A DNA stretch of 64,000 bases from an uncultured Bacteroidales bacterium (GTDB taxonomy: Bacteria; Bacteroidota; Bacteroidia; Bacteroidales; FEN-979), in NCBI GenBank assembly GCA_903837605.1, contig CAILVF010000043.1:12016-76015 (forward strand). The letters are read 5' to 3'. How positions within the stretch are numbered: position 1 is the first letter of the stretch; each line of letters starts with the position of its first letter. The position numbers were made by a program, and so were the translations under genes. A model generated the notes under the pieces. That model made no database searches and was not told where the DNA came from. It saw only the letters and a list, made by a program, of their open reading frames with translations. Shown here one piece after another: positions 9,390-18,122 of the stretch.

Positions 9390-9439
9390 GCATATAACCT
9401 GGTTTACCGGGCACGGAAGCTCGCAGCCTGAGCAAATAA
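9356..9439. repeat. 42-bp tandem duplication (2 copies, 38/42 identical)
   Basis: Copy 1 is 9356-9397 (CCTGGTTTACCGGGCACGGAAACTTGAAGCCTGAGCATATAA). Copy 2 is 9398-9439 (CCTGGTTTACCGGGCACGGAAGCTCGCAGCCTGAGCAAATAA). Confidence 0.95.
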
Positions 9440-10516
9440 CCTTGCTGCCCTTTGTTTCAACACCGACATGTCATTGCGGATCACAATGGGTTTGTTCCCT
9501 TTGCTGTTCACGAGGGCTTCATCAAGACTGAAGCTTCCCTGGGCCATGGCATAATGGACATTCATTGTTGACAGCCTTTTTGCCAGGTATTCCTGTTCTG
9601 TTTGACCCGGGGTAGGCACAAGAATTGCCGATCTTCCCAGGGCGGCAAGATCCATCAGAGTTGAATACCCGCTGCGGCAAATCACATGCCCTGCGTTTTG
9701 AATATAGTATTGTATCAGGGATGAGGACAGATGGGGAAAGACATGTATCCGGTCTTCGAGCAGTTCGTAATTTGCCGATTCTGTGCGCCCTCCGGCTATA
9801 ATGGCAGTTTGGGAGGAGTTTTTCAGCTGACTGATGATCAGGGTTTCGAAAATGCTTCGCTGGGGTTCGGGACCTGAAATCAATACAAATATCCCTGCCG
9901 GTTTACAAGGTAGTTCCGCAGGTGCGGAAGGGGGACCGGCAAACCGGGTAAGGAGGCCGATGAAATGGCAATTATCGGGCAGTTTTATGCAGTGGGAGAG
10001 GCGGCCGCTGAGTCCGCCTTCATCTTCCTCATCAGGAACCCAGCATTCGCTGAACCGGTTAATAAATGAATAATTGATCTTCCTCACGACATTTGCAAGC
10101 CCGCGAATGAACACCGGAAGTTGTATGTTCAACTGGTGTGTCATAAACACTGACCGCACCTCCGCATGCCAGCAGCCATAACGGTTGTCGGAGACCACCA
10201 GGCATGCCCCCGTTTCCCTGACCAGTTTTTTCAGAAACTGGTGTTCTTTCCTGATACCAAGCAGGAGGCGGGGGATGGCTGCGGCCATGGCAATGGCCAT
10301 TCCGGAACCGGCAGGGTAGCGGATCCCGGTTCCCGGGAACCTTAACAGTTCAGTTGAGGGGTATTCGGTCCGGAAAAAATCATAGGGCCGTCCGTCAGCA
10401 GCTACGATTACCTTAAAACCCTGCTGCTGCAGCGCCCTGATCACAGGCACACAACGTGTGGCATGGCCTAGTCCCCAATCGAGGGGGCAAACAAGGGCAA
10501 TGCGATCCGCAGTCAT
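9404..10516 (-). CDS. Glycosyltransferase (GT1/GT28 MurG-like fold)
   Basis: Start trimmed to Met50 (cat at 10514-10516): MTADRIALVCPLDWGLGHATRCVPVIRAL, a typical N-terminal G-loop of MGT/GT28-like enzymes. The C-terminal half has a ...GGRTES.../GYSTLMDL nucleotide-sugar binding pattern. Confidence 0.65.
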   Translation of the reverse strand: MTADRIALVCPLDWGLGHATRCVPVIRALQQQGFKVIVAADGRPYDFFRTEYPSTELLRFPGTGIRYPAGSGMAIAMAAAIPRLLLGIRKEHQFLKKLVRETGACLVVSDNRYGCWHAEVRSVFMTHQLNIQLPVFIRGLANVVRKINYSFINRFSECWVPDEEDEGGLSGRLSHCIKLPDNCHFIGLLTRFAGPPSAPAELPCKPAGIFVLISGPEPQRSIFETLIISQLKNSSQTAIIAGGRTESANYELLEDRIHVFPHLSSSLIQYYIQNAGHVICRSGYSTLMDLAALGRSAILVPTPGQTEQEYLAKRLSTMNVHYAMAQGSFSLDEALVNSKGNKPIVIRNDMSVLKQRAARLFAQAASFRAR

Positions 10517-10580
10517 AAAAAAAGTTTTAAAATACCTGTCACTTTTTGGCTTCAGGCGGATAAAGATAAGGAAAAACCAG

Positions 10581-11699
10581 ATGGACCAGAAGGCCTTATT
10601 ATATACCCTCGCTTTGTCGCAGGTGCCAGGTATCGGCAGCGTGATCGGGAAACAGCTGATCACACATTTTGGCGATGCCGAATCTGTTTTCAGGCGTTAC
10701 AGGGAGCTGTTGGACGGTAAACCCTCCCTGGTCCCGGTGATTGGCGAGGCCTTAAGGGATAAGGAGTTCTGGAAAAGGACCGAGGCCGAGATGAAGTTCA
10801 TAGAGAAGTACAGGCTTAAGGTACTTTTTTTCCAGGATGAAGATTATCCTTACCGTCTTGCCGAATGTTATGATTCCCCTGTATTTCTTTTTTACAAAGG
10901 GAGCGCCGACCTGAATGCCGGGAAGGTTGTTGCCGTTGTGGGGACAAGAAGCGCAACCGATTATGGCAAGACTATAACCCGGGAACTGATAAGCGGATTA
11001 AAGCAGCTGAATCCATTGGTCGTCAGCGGGCTTGCATACGGGATCGACAGCCAGGCCCACAGGGCTGCGCTTGACAATGGCCTTGAAACCATTGGCGTGC
11101 TTGGGCATGGCCTCGACCGCATTTACCCCAGCAATAACAAATGTACAGCCGAAAAAATGTTATCACAAGGAGGTCTGCTCACCGAATTTTTCAGCTGCAC
11201 CGAGCCCGACAGGGAAAACTTCCCCCAGCGCAACAGGATCATTGCGGGAATAAGCGACGCGATAATAGTTGTTGAGGCAGCCGAAGAGGGAGGGGCTTTG
11301 ATCACTGCCAATATCGCTCATACCTATAACCGCGATGTGTTTGTAATACCCGGAAGAATCGGCGATAAATATTCAGAGGGCTGCAATATGCTGATCAGGT
11401 ATAAGAAGGCCGATGTCGTAAGGCATGCTCAGGACCTGGTCTCCCAGATGGGATGGGGGGAGGCTGAAGTTAAAACCAGGGTCGTACAACCTAAGCTTTT
11501 TATCCCGTTGACCATGGATGAACAGAAAGTTGTTGACCTCTTATTTGCTGAAGGAGACCTTAATGTTGACGAGATCTCACGTAAAAGCGGTTTGCCGGTA
11601 AATAAAACTGTGGTGGCTTTGCTGAATCTGGAAATTGAGAATGTAATAAGATGCAAGCCGGGGAAGCAGTATACACTCAGTCCAGTTCAGGCTCAGTGA
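10581..11699 (+). CDS. dprA: DNA-processing protein DprA
   Basis: Start trimmed to ATG 10581 (MDQKALLYTLALSQVPGIG). Motifs VVGTRSATDYG and SGLAYGIDSQAHRAAL. The longer track start would overlap the divergent glycosyltransferase. Confidence 0.85.
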   Translation: MDQKALLYTLALSQVPGIGSVIGKQLITHFGDAESVFRRYRELLDGKPSLVPVIGEALRDKEFWKRTEAEMKFIEKYRLKVLFFQDEDYPYRLAECYDSPVFLFYKGSADLNAGKVVAVVGTRSATDYGKTITRELISGLKQLNPLVVSGLAYGIDSQAHRAALDNGLETIGVLGHGLDRIYPSNNKCTAEKMLSQGGLLTEFFSCTEPDRENFPQRNRIIAGISDAIIVVEAAEEGGALITANIAHTYNRDVFVIPGRIGDKYSEGCNMLIRYKKADVVRHAQDLVSQMGWGEAEVKTRVVQPKLFIPLTMDEQKVVDLLFAEGDLNVDEISRKSGLPVNKTVVALLNLEIENVIRCKPGKQYTLSPVQAQ

Positions 11700-12354
11700 C
11701 TGCTGCTTTAATGCCCAGTATGAAAACGATCACCGTCGATCCGAAGGCGAACAGGCTGAGAAGTTTGAAATCCTGGGTGACCAGGGTGAAAATGAAGAGC
11801 CCCTGGAAAAATGCCGCACCAAATAAACCCGTGAGGGTGAACATGAAAAAGGTCTTGATGAACTTTCCCATCCCGACAAAGAACCCCATCACCACAGCAA
11901 ACATGATGTTTGCGGGAACGAATACGAATGTATAAAGAGTGTATGGAAAAAGGGCCTGGGTATGGAAGGGATCGATCATGAACAGAGGCAGTGCCAGGGT
12001 GCAAAAGCCCAGGGTGGTCATCACCGACATGGTAATTCCGTGAATAGGCAGATCGACGGCTTTCTTTGGGATGATGTAAAAGCGGTACAGTACGAATTTC
12101 CCGAATTCGGAAGCAAACCCTATGGTAATAAATGAGTAAAACAGCAGGCGCTTGAGGCTGCGGAGGTCATTCAACCCTAAAAGTGTTGAGAGGACCTTGG
12201 CTACTGCCAGTACTGATAATCCCAGTATCCCGGCCAGGAAGCTTTGTATCATTACCTTCTGGAAAGCTTTCCCGTATTTTCGCCCGAGGTAAAAATACAT
12301 GGCAAGGGCTACTACCGGCGCAAAAGCCAAAGTTATATAAGTGATTGGTCTCAT
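11677..12354 (-). CDS. Multi-pass membrane protein (weakly PrsW-like; catalytic motifs not evident)
   Basis: About 7 hydrophobic helices. GFASEFGKF loosely recalls the PrsW EExxK motif, but the second Glu and the downstream His motif are not seen. Confidence 0.4.
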   Translation of the reverse strand: MRPITYITLAFAPVVALAMYFYLGRKYGKAFQKVMIQSFLAGILGLSVLAVAKVLSTLLGLNDLRSLKRLLFYSFITIGFASEFGKFVLYRFYIIPKKAVDLPIHGITMSVMTTLGFCTLALPLFMIDPFHTQALFPYTLYTFVFVPANIMFAVVMGFFVGMGKFIKTFFMFTLTGLFGAAFFQGLFIFTLVTQDFKLLSLFAFGSTVIVFILGIKAAVTEPELD

Positions 12355-12479
12355 AGCAGGAGGCGTTTTAATTCAGTCAAAAATAACTATTTTTTATAAT
12401 TTTACAAGAAAAAATAATCACAGGCAAGGTTATCGTACAGCCACAACGCCTTGAAGTAACCCATTAATGTAGTTGATCC

Positions 12480-13385
12480 TTGGAAGGACTTGTAATCAAA
12501 TCGACCGGCAGCCGGATCACGGTACGCCTTGAAAACGGAGGGATACAGGACTGCCGTCTGAAAGGGCAATTCAGGATCAGGGATATCAAACACACAAATC
12601 CCGTTGCTATTGGCGACAGGGTCGTACTGGAAGTCGACCCCCGGCACGGAGACGGGTTGATAACGAAAATACACCCCCGCGACAATTACATCATCCGTAA
12701 AGCAACCAAGCTTTCAAAAGTGTCGCATATCATAGCGGCGAACCTTGACCATGCGTATCTTATTGTCACCCTGGCGGAGCCCCGCACTTCCACCGGATTT
12801 ATAGACCGGTTCCTGGTTACGGCAGCAGGGTATTATATACCGGCAAGCCTCGTTTTCAACAAAATTGATATCTATACAAAAGAGCTTGACACGCTGTTTG
12901 AAGAGCTGAAAGAGATCTATGAGGCAGCCGGGTATCCATGTTATGCGGTTTCGGCCCTGAAAGGAACAAACCTGAAAGGCCTGAAATCGGTACTGAAGGG
13001 GAAGATCAACTTGTTTGCCGGTCATTCAGGGGCAGGAAAATCGGCCCTCATCAATGCAATTCAGCCGGGGCTTGATATAAGGACAGGCAAGATGGGCGTC
13101 CATCTTAAAGGCATGCATACCACGACCTTTGCTGAGATGCATGAAATTTCCGGCGGAGGGTTTATTGTTGATACACCCGGCATCAGGGAATTCGGACTTA
13201 TACACTTTGAGCAATCAGAGATCCCGAGATGCTTCCCGGAAATGGAAAAATTCCTGCCGTATTGCCAGTATCAGGATTGCACGCATACACATGAGCCGGG
13301 CTGTGCCGTGAAAAATGCCCTGGAGATAGGAGCGGTCAGCCAATTGAGATATAATAGCTATCTTAGCATCCTCAATGATAGCTAA
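12480..13385 (+). CDS. rsgA: Ribosome small-subunit-dependent GTPase A
   Basis: P-loop GHSGAGKSALIN, G4 FNKID and zinc knuckle CQYQDCTHTHEPGCAV. The start is a TTG; the upstream ATG runs straight into TAG. Confidence 0.85.
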   Translation: MEGLVIKSTGSRITVRLENGGIQDCRLKGQFRIRDIKHTNPVAIGDRVVLEVDPRHGDGLITKIHPRDNYIIRKATKLSKVSHIIAANLDHAYLIVTLAEPRTSTGFIDRFLVTAAGYYIPASLVFNKIDIYTKELDTLFEELKEIYEAAGYPCYAVSALKGTNLKGLKSVLKGKINLFAGHSGAGKSALINAIQPGLDIRTGKMGVHLKGMHTTTFAEMHEISGGGFIVDTPGIREFGLIHFEQSEIPRCFPEMEKFLPYCQYQDCTHTHEPGCAVKNALEIGAVSQLRYNSYLSILNDS

Positions 13386-14040
13386 AGATCTCATAAATGA
13401 TACCGTAATTGCCCTGAGGCCCTCCGATATAGGTTCGGATGCCCTTGGGCTGATGGATGAACTTCGCGTTTCACATCTCCCTGTAGTAAACGAACTTGAA
13501 TATATTGGTCTTATTTCCGATTCGGATATATATAACCGTGGTGAGTTTGAGCAGGCGGTATGGGATGGCAAGATCACGTTGATCAAGCCATATATTTATG
13601 AAAATCAGCATTTTTACGATGCGATGTTAATAATCTCAGAGCAAAAGCTTTCACTGTTGCCTGTTCTGAATGTCAAAAACCATTATATGGGGGTGATCAC
13701 CCTTACGGGACTGGTGCAGAAACTCTCGGCCATCGCCTCCCTGATCAATCCGGGTGGCATTATCGTGCTCGAGATCAACCAGAAAGATTACCTTTTGACT
13801 GAGATTGCCGGCATTGTGGAATCGAATGATGCCAAAATACTCAGCCTGTATATTACTTCCCACCCCGATTCCACCAAGCTGGAATTAACAATTAAAGTTA
13901 ACCGTGTGGATATTGGAGCAATACTCCAGACATTTTACCGCTACAATTACACTGTCAAGGCAAGCTGGTCAAAAGAGGATTCCTTTTCCGACGGCTTACA
14001 GGACCGATTCGATTCCCTGATGAATTATTTAAACATCTGA
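13375..14040 (+). CDS. CBS-domain pair protein
   Basis: Two CBS-like modules (SHLPVVNELEYIGLISDSDI and LSLLPVLNVKNHYMGVITLTGL). Overlaps the rsgA stop by 11 nt. Confidence 0.6.
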   Translation: MIAKDLINDTVIALRPSDIGSDALGLMDELRVSHLPVVNELEYIGLISDSDIYNRGEFEQAVWDGKITLIKPYIYENQHFYDAMLIISEQKLSLLPVLNVKNHYMGVITLTGLVQKLSAIASLINPGGIIVLEINQKDYLLTEIAGIVESNDAKILSLYITSHPDSTKLELTIKVNRVDIGAILQTFYRYNYTVKASWSKEDSFSDGLQDRFDSLMNYLNI

Positions 14041-14043
14041 GGT

Positions 14044-15477
14044 ATGGTGAGTCGGGCAGCAGCAGTGAACAGCTTGCTGAAACCGGCCCTGGTCCTGGTT
14101 CTTCTTTGCTGTATGCTGAATTCAGGTGCACAGGACCCATACGTGATCGCGGGAAGTGTCAGCATTTTGGGAAACCGCATCACCCACCCGAACATCATCC
14201 TCCGGGAATTGAAATTCCATGAAGGCGACACATTAAAAACAGTCCTTCTGCCCGGGATACTCAGTCACGCCAAAGAGAACATTTTTAATACCCGGCTTTT
14301 TAATTTTGTGACCCTCGATACCACGCTCGACCGCCAGTCAAACAGGATGAACCTGAGCATTGAAGTCATCGAGAGATGGTATGTCTGGCCGATACCCTAT
14401 GTTCAGCTTTCCGACCAGAATATCAATGCCTGGCTTCAGACCTGGGACTGGAGCAAACTCACATACGGGGTCGATTTCACGTTTTTTAATGTGAGGGGCC
14501 GGAATGAAACCCTCAAAATCATCACCCATTTCGGGTTTAACCAGAAATACGGGTTTACATACAAAATACCATATGTGAACAGGAAGCAGACGCTGGGAGT
14601 GAGTTTCGGGGCCGATATGGACCTAAACCACCAGGTTGCAGTAAACACCGTAAACAACCAGCCGAATTATTTCAATATTACCGGTGCATACCCGAAACAG
14701 CTCACATATGCTTTCGGAGACCTCCTGTTAAGGCCGAATATCTATGTAGTACATACTTTCAGGCTGGCATACAGCCATTATTATTTCCAGGACAGTGTGC
14801 TGCACGTGCCCGGGTTCTCGATGACATACGATAACAACCAGGATTTCGCGACCCTCTGGTACCAGTATAAGAACGATCACAGGGATGTGCAGTATTATCC
14901 TCTGCACGGATGGTATTTCGATCTTGAATTCAACCATTCCATGCCATTCGGGTTTACCCATAATACTTATATAAAGTCTTTATTCCGGAAGTATTTTCAA
15001 TTGGCAGAACGATGGTATTATGCCTTTTCCATGCTGGGAAAGCTGAGCCTGGAATCACAGCAGCCCTATTACCTTCAGAAAGGGCTGGGCTACAGCCGTG
15101 AATTTGTAAGGGGGTATGAGTATTATGTTGTTGACGGACAGCATTATATGCTGTTTAAAAACAATCTCAAATTCGCCATTCTGCCCGAGAGGGTTGAAAA
15201 GATCAAATTCATCAGAACAACAAGGTTCAACACCATCCCATTGGCCCTTTATGCAAATGTATTTGTCGACATGGGTTATGTTTATGCATACAGGCAGCTG
15301 GCTTATGGTCCTGGCGAGTTCTATATCCCTTTTAATTCTCTTCAGAATACGTTTATGATGGGTTACGGCCTGGGGCTTGATTTTACAACCTATTATGACG
15401 TGGTGATCCGTGTTGAAGGCTCGATGAACCTTATGGGCAAACCCGGAATCTACATTCATTTCATAGCTCCTATTTAG
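14044..15477 (+). CDS. Omp85/BamA-family outer-membrane protein (POTRA plus beta-barrel)
   Basis: Signal peptide, POTRA-like ILGNRITHPNIILRELKFHEGDTL, and alternating aromatic beta-strand pattern through to the C-terminus. Confidence 0.6.
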   Translation: MVSRAAAVNSLLKPALVLVLLCCMLNSGAQDPYVIAGSVSILGNRITHPNIILRELKFHEGDTLKTVLLPGILSHAKENIFNTRLFNFVTLDTTLDRQSNRMNLSIEVIERWYVWPIPYVQLSDQNINAWLQTWDWSKLTYGVDFTFFNVRGRNETLKIITHFGFNQKYGFTYKIPYVNRKQTLGVSFGADMDLNHQVAVNTVNNQPNYFNITGAYPKQLTYAFGDLLLRPNIYVVHTFRLAYSHYYFQDSVLHVPGFSMTYDNNQDFATLWYQYKNDHRDVQYYPLHGWYFDLEFNHSMPFGFTHNTYIKSLFRKYFQLAERWYYAFSMLGKLSLESQQPYYLQKGLGYSREFVRGYEYYVVDGQHYMLFKNNLKFAILPERVEKIKFIRTTRFNTIPLALYANVFVDMGYVYAYRQLAYGPGEFYIPFNSLQNTFMMGYGLGLDFTTYYDVVIRVEGSMNLMGKPGIYIHFIAPI

Positions 15478-15501
15478 GGTTTTTTGTATCCCTTTTTATG
15501 G

Positions 15502-15509
15502 TATCTTTG
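15502..15509 (+). promoter_or_regulatory. -7 box (TATCTTTG) for nadK
   Basis: TAnnTTTG match 28 nt upstream of ATG 15537. Confidence 0.5.
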
Positions 15510-15536
15510 CAAACTGTTTCAAATTAAGCCTTTCTG

Positions 15537-16415
15537 ATGAAATTTGCCGTTTACGGAAAACATCTGGCGGAGGCGGTTTTGCCGCTTTTACAGACCCTTG
15601 TGGATAAGCTTGAGCCTGCCGGGGGGCCTTTGTATTTTTATGAGCCTTTTTTCAGGTCATTGGGAGAAAAACTGAAATTCAGTTCCGATCCTGTCCTTTT
15701 TACCAGCCAGGCCGGGATTCAGGGCAAGGCAGATATATTATTTTCAATAGGTGGTGACGGGACTATGCTGGATGCGGTTACCCTGGTGGGAAATTCGGGT
15801 ATACTGATTACCGGCATTAACCTGGGACGGCTTGGATTCCTGTCAAGTATTTCAACGGAACAGATCATTCCCGCCCTCGATGCCATCCTTGTTTCCGATT
15901 ATAAATTAGACCAGCGCACCCTGCTTAAACTTGAAACGCCGAACGGTTTATTCCAGCCTGTAAATTTTGCCCTGAATGAAATCACCGTATACAAAGCAAA
16001 ACCCATGTCGATGCTTACCATACAGACCTGGGTCAACGGTGATTTTCTTAATTCCTATTGGGCGGATGGACTTATCGTTTCAACCCCTACAGGTTCCACG
16101 GCCTATTCTTTGAGCTGTACAGGCCCCATCATAGCACCTGACGCCGGATCGTTTGTGATCACTCCGATTGCAAGCCATAACCTCACTGTAAGACCGGTTG
16201 TCCTCAGGGATGACGTTGAGATACGCATCCTTATCGGGGGGGAAAACACTTCTTTTTTTGTGAGCATGGATTCGCGCATTCAGGAAGTTCACAACCCTCT
16301 TGAGCTGCTGATCAGGAAGGCCGATTTCAAAATCAGCCTGTTGAGGCTCATGGACGCCTCTTTTTTCAATACACTAAGGGATAAATTAAACTGGGGACTG
16401 GATGTTCGTAACTAG
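15537..16415 (+). CDS. nadK: NAD kinase
   Basis: GGDGTML motif, NEITV, and STPTGSTAYSLS. Confidence 0.9.
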   Translation: MKFAVYGKHLAEAVLPLLQTLVDKLEPAGGPLYFYEPFFRSLGEKLKFSSDPVLFTSQAGIQGKADILFSIGGDGTMLDAVTLVGNSGILITGINLGRLGFLSSISTEQIIPALDAILVSDYKLDQRTLLKLETPNGLFQPVNFALNEITVYKAKPMSMLTIQTWVNGDFLNSYWADGLIVSTPTGSTAYSLSCTGPIIAPDAGSFVITPIASHNLTVRPVVLRDDVEIRILIGGENTSFFVSMDSRIQEVHNPLELLIRKADFKISLLRLMDASFFNTLRDKLNWGLDVRN

Positions 16416-16493
16416 ATATTTTTCCTGGCTGAAGCCCATCCAATAAAATCAGGATTTTCACGTTTAAATAGATTGTTCAAAACCAAGTAATTT

Positions 16494-17336
16494 ATGTTTA
16501 CCGGAATGCATACTGAAAAAAGCAGGCCCTTTCATCCGAAAGTATTGGTGCATGCTCTTGCTGTAAGCTTATTCTGGTTATATGGCAGCAGCCTTTCCGC
16601 ACAGAGCCTGGAGGCAGGTTTATACGGCGGAGGGTGTTATTACTTAGGTGACCTGAATCCCGGGAAACATTTCATGAATTACAATATTGCCTATGGTGTT
16701 CTGGCAAGGTATGTCATCAACGACCGCTGGGCAGTAAAGTTCAGTGTCAGCCGGGGTAATCTGCAGGGTTCTTCCACCCAATCGAAATTCATGCCCGAAA
16801 GAGACCTCTCTTTTACTGACCAGATCACTGATTTCTCGGCTGTTGCCGAATTTAATTTTTTTGATTTTTATGTGGGTAGCCGCAAGAACTGGATAACTCC
16901 CTATATTTACGCAGGATTCTCGTTTTTTATGTTTAACCCGAAAAGCGGGGGTGTTTCCTTGCAAAGTGTTGGCACCGAAGGGCAGCAGGTTGGTTATGAA
17001 GGCCGGACTCCCTATAAGACTTACTCTTTCGGGATACCATTCGGGCTGGGAGTTAAAATAAGCCTTGCCCGGAGGCTTGGTCTTGCTGTATTCTGGGAAA
17101 TGCATAAGACCTTTACTGATTATATTGATGACGTTAGCAAGACATATTACCTTGACATGCCTTATATCCCAAACCCGACTCCAGCGGATCTTCTTTCGGA
17201 TCCGACCAGAAGTTATAGTGCCGGCATGCAAAGAGGTAATTCGAGAAACAACGACTGGTATTCGTTCAGCGGAGTAACGCTGACGTATAAATTTAACCTG
17301 GTAGGGCGTAAACGCTGCAGGGATTTAGAACACTAA
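16494..17336 (+). CDS. DUF6089-type outer-membrane beta-barrel protein
   Basis: Signal peptide plus beta-barrel pattern. It occupies the conserved position between nadK and uppS seen in Bacteroidota. Confidence 0.55.
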   Translation: MFTGMHTEKSRPFHPKVLVHALAVSLFWLYGSSLSAQSLEAGLYGGGCYYLGDLNPGKHFMNYNIAYGVLARYVINDRWAVKFSVSRGNLQGSSTQSKFMPERDLSFTDQITDFSAVAEFNFFDFYVGSRKNWITPYIYAGFSFFMFNPKSGGVSLQSVGTEGQQVGYEGRTPYKTYSFGIPFGLGVKISLARRLGLAVFWEMHKTFTDYIDDVSKTYYLDMPYIPNPTPADLLSDPTRSYSAGMQRGNSRNNDWYSFSGVTLTYKFNLVGRKRCRDLEH

Positions 17337-18121
17337 TGGGATCCATGGCCGAAAAGAGTTTAAAAGACAGGATTGACGTCAAAAAGCTGCCCGCGCACGT
17401 AGCCATTATCATGGATGGCAACGGGCGCTGGGCCAAGAAGCAGGGTTTTGCCCGCACTCTTGGCCATGAGAGGGGTGTTGATTCGGTAAGGAACACGGTT
17501 GAGGCTGCAGCCGAACTTGGGATTGGCTATCTTACACTGTATGCGTTTTCGACTGAAAACTGGAGCCGGCCAAAATACGAGATCGACGCTTTAATGAGGA
17601 TACTGGTAAAATCCCTGCACAAAGAGATGAAAACCCTGATGAAGAATAACATCCGCCTTGAAGCTATCGGGGACCTTGACAGCCTTCCTCCAGGGAGCCA
17701 GAAAGAACTTACGAAATCCATTAAGGCTACTTCCGGCAACACAGGCCTTAAACTGGTACTTGCTCTCAGTTACAGTTCCAGGTGGGAGATCCTCGAAGCC
17801 GTTAAATCTATAATCCATGAAGTACAGGATGGCAAACTTGAGGTTGACAAGATTGATGCTGAATGTTTCAGCCGTTTCCTGACAACTTATAATATTCCCG
17901 AACCAGAGTTACTTATCAGGACCAGCGGCGAATACAGGATAAGCAATTTTCTGCTATGGCAGATTGCCTACGCCGAATTGTATTTTACCCCAGTATTATG
18001 GCCCGATTTTTCAAAGGATGATTTTTATGCTGCGATCGTTGATTATCAGCATAGGGAAAGAAGGTTCGGGCTGACCAGTGAACAGATCAATAAACTTGAA
18101 CAAAAAATGCATAGGCGATAG
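17336..18121 (+). CDS. uppS: Isoprenyl transferase (undecaprenyl-diphosphate synthase)
   Basis: HVAIIMDGNGRWA, YLTLYAFSTENW and RTSGEYRISNFLLWQIAYAE motifs. Confidence 0.9.
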   Translation: MGSMAEKSLKDRIDVKKLPAHVAIIMDGNGRWAKKQGFARTLGHERGVDSVRNTVEAAAELGIGYLTLYAFSTENWSRPKYEIDALMRILVKSLHKEMKTLMKNNIRLEAIGDLDSLPPGSQKELTKSIKATSGNTGLKLVLALSYSSRWEILEAVKSIIHEVQDGKLEVDKIDAECFSRFLTTYNIPEPELLIRTSGEYRISNFLLWQIAYAELYFTPVLWPDFSKDDFYAAIVDYQHRERRFGLTSEQINKLEQKMHRR

Positions 18122-18122
18122 G

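Noticed and set aside
9356-9439. 42-bp tandem repeat as an att site or mobile-element scar
   Set aside because: No recombinase or transposase is in the vicinity. The copies are adjacent rather than flanking an insert. I kept it as a finding only for its dual-coding curiosity.
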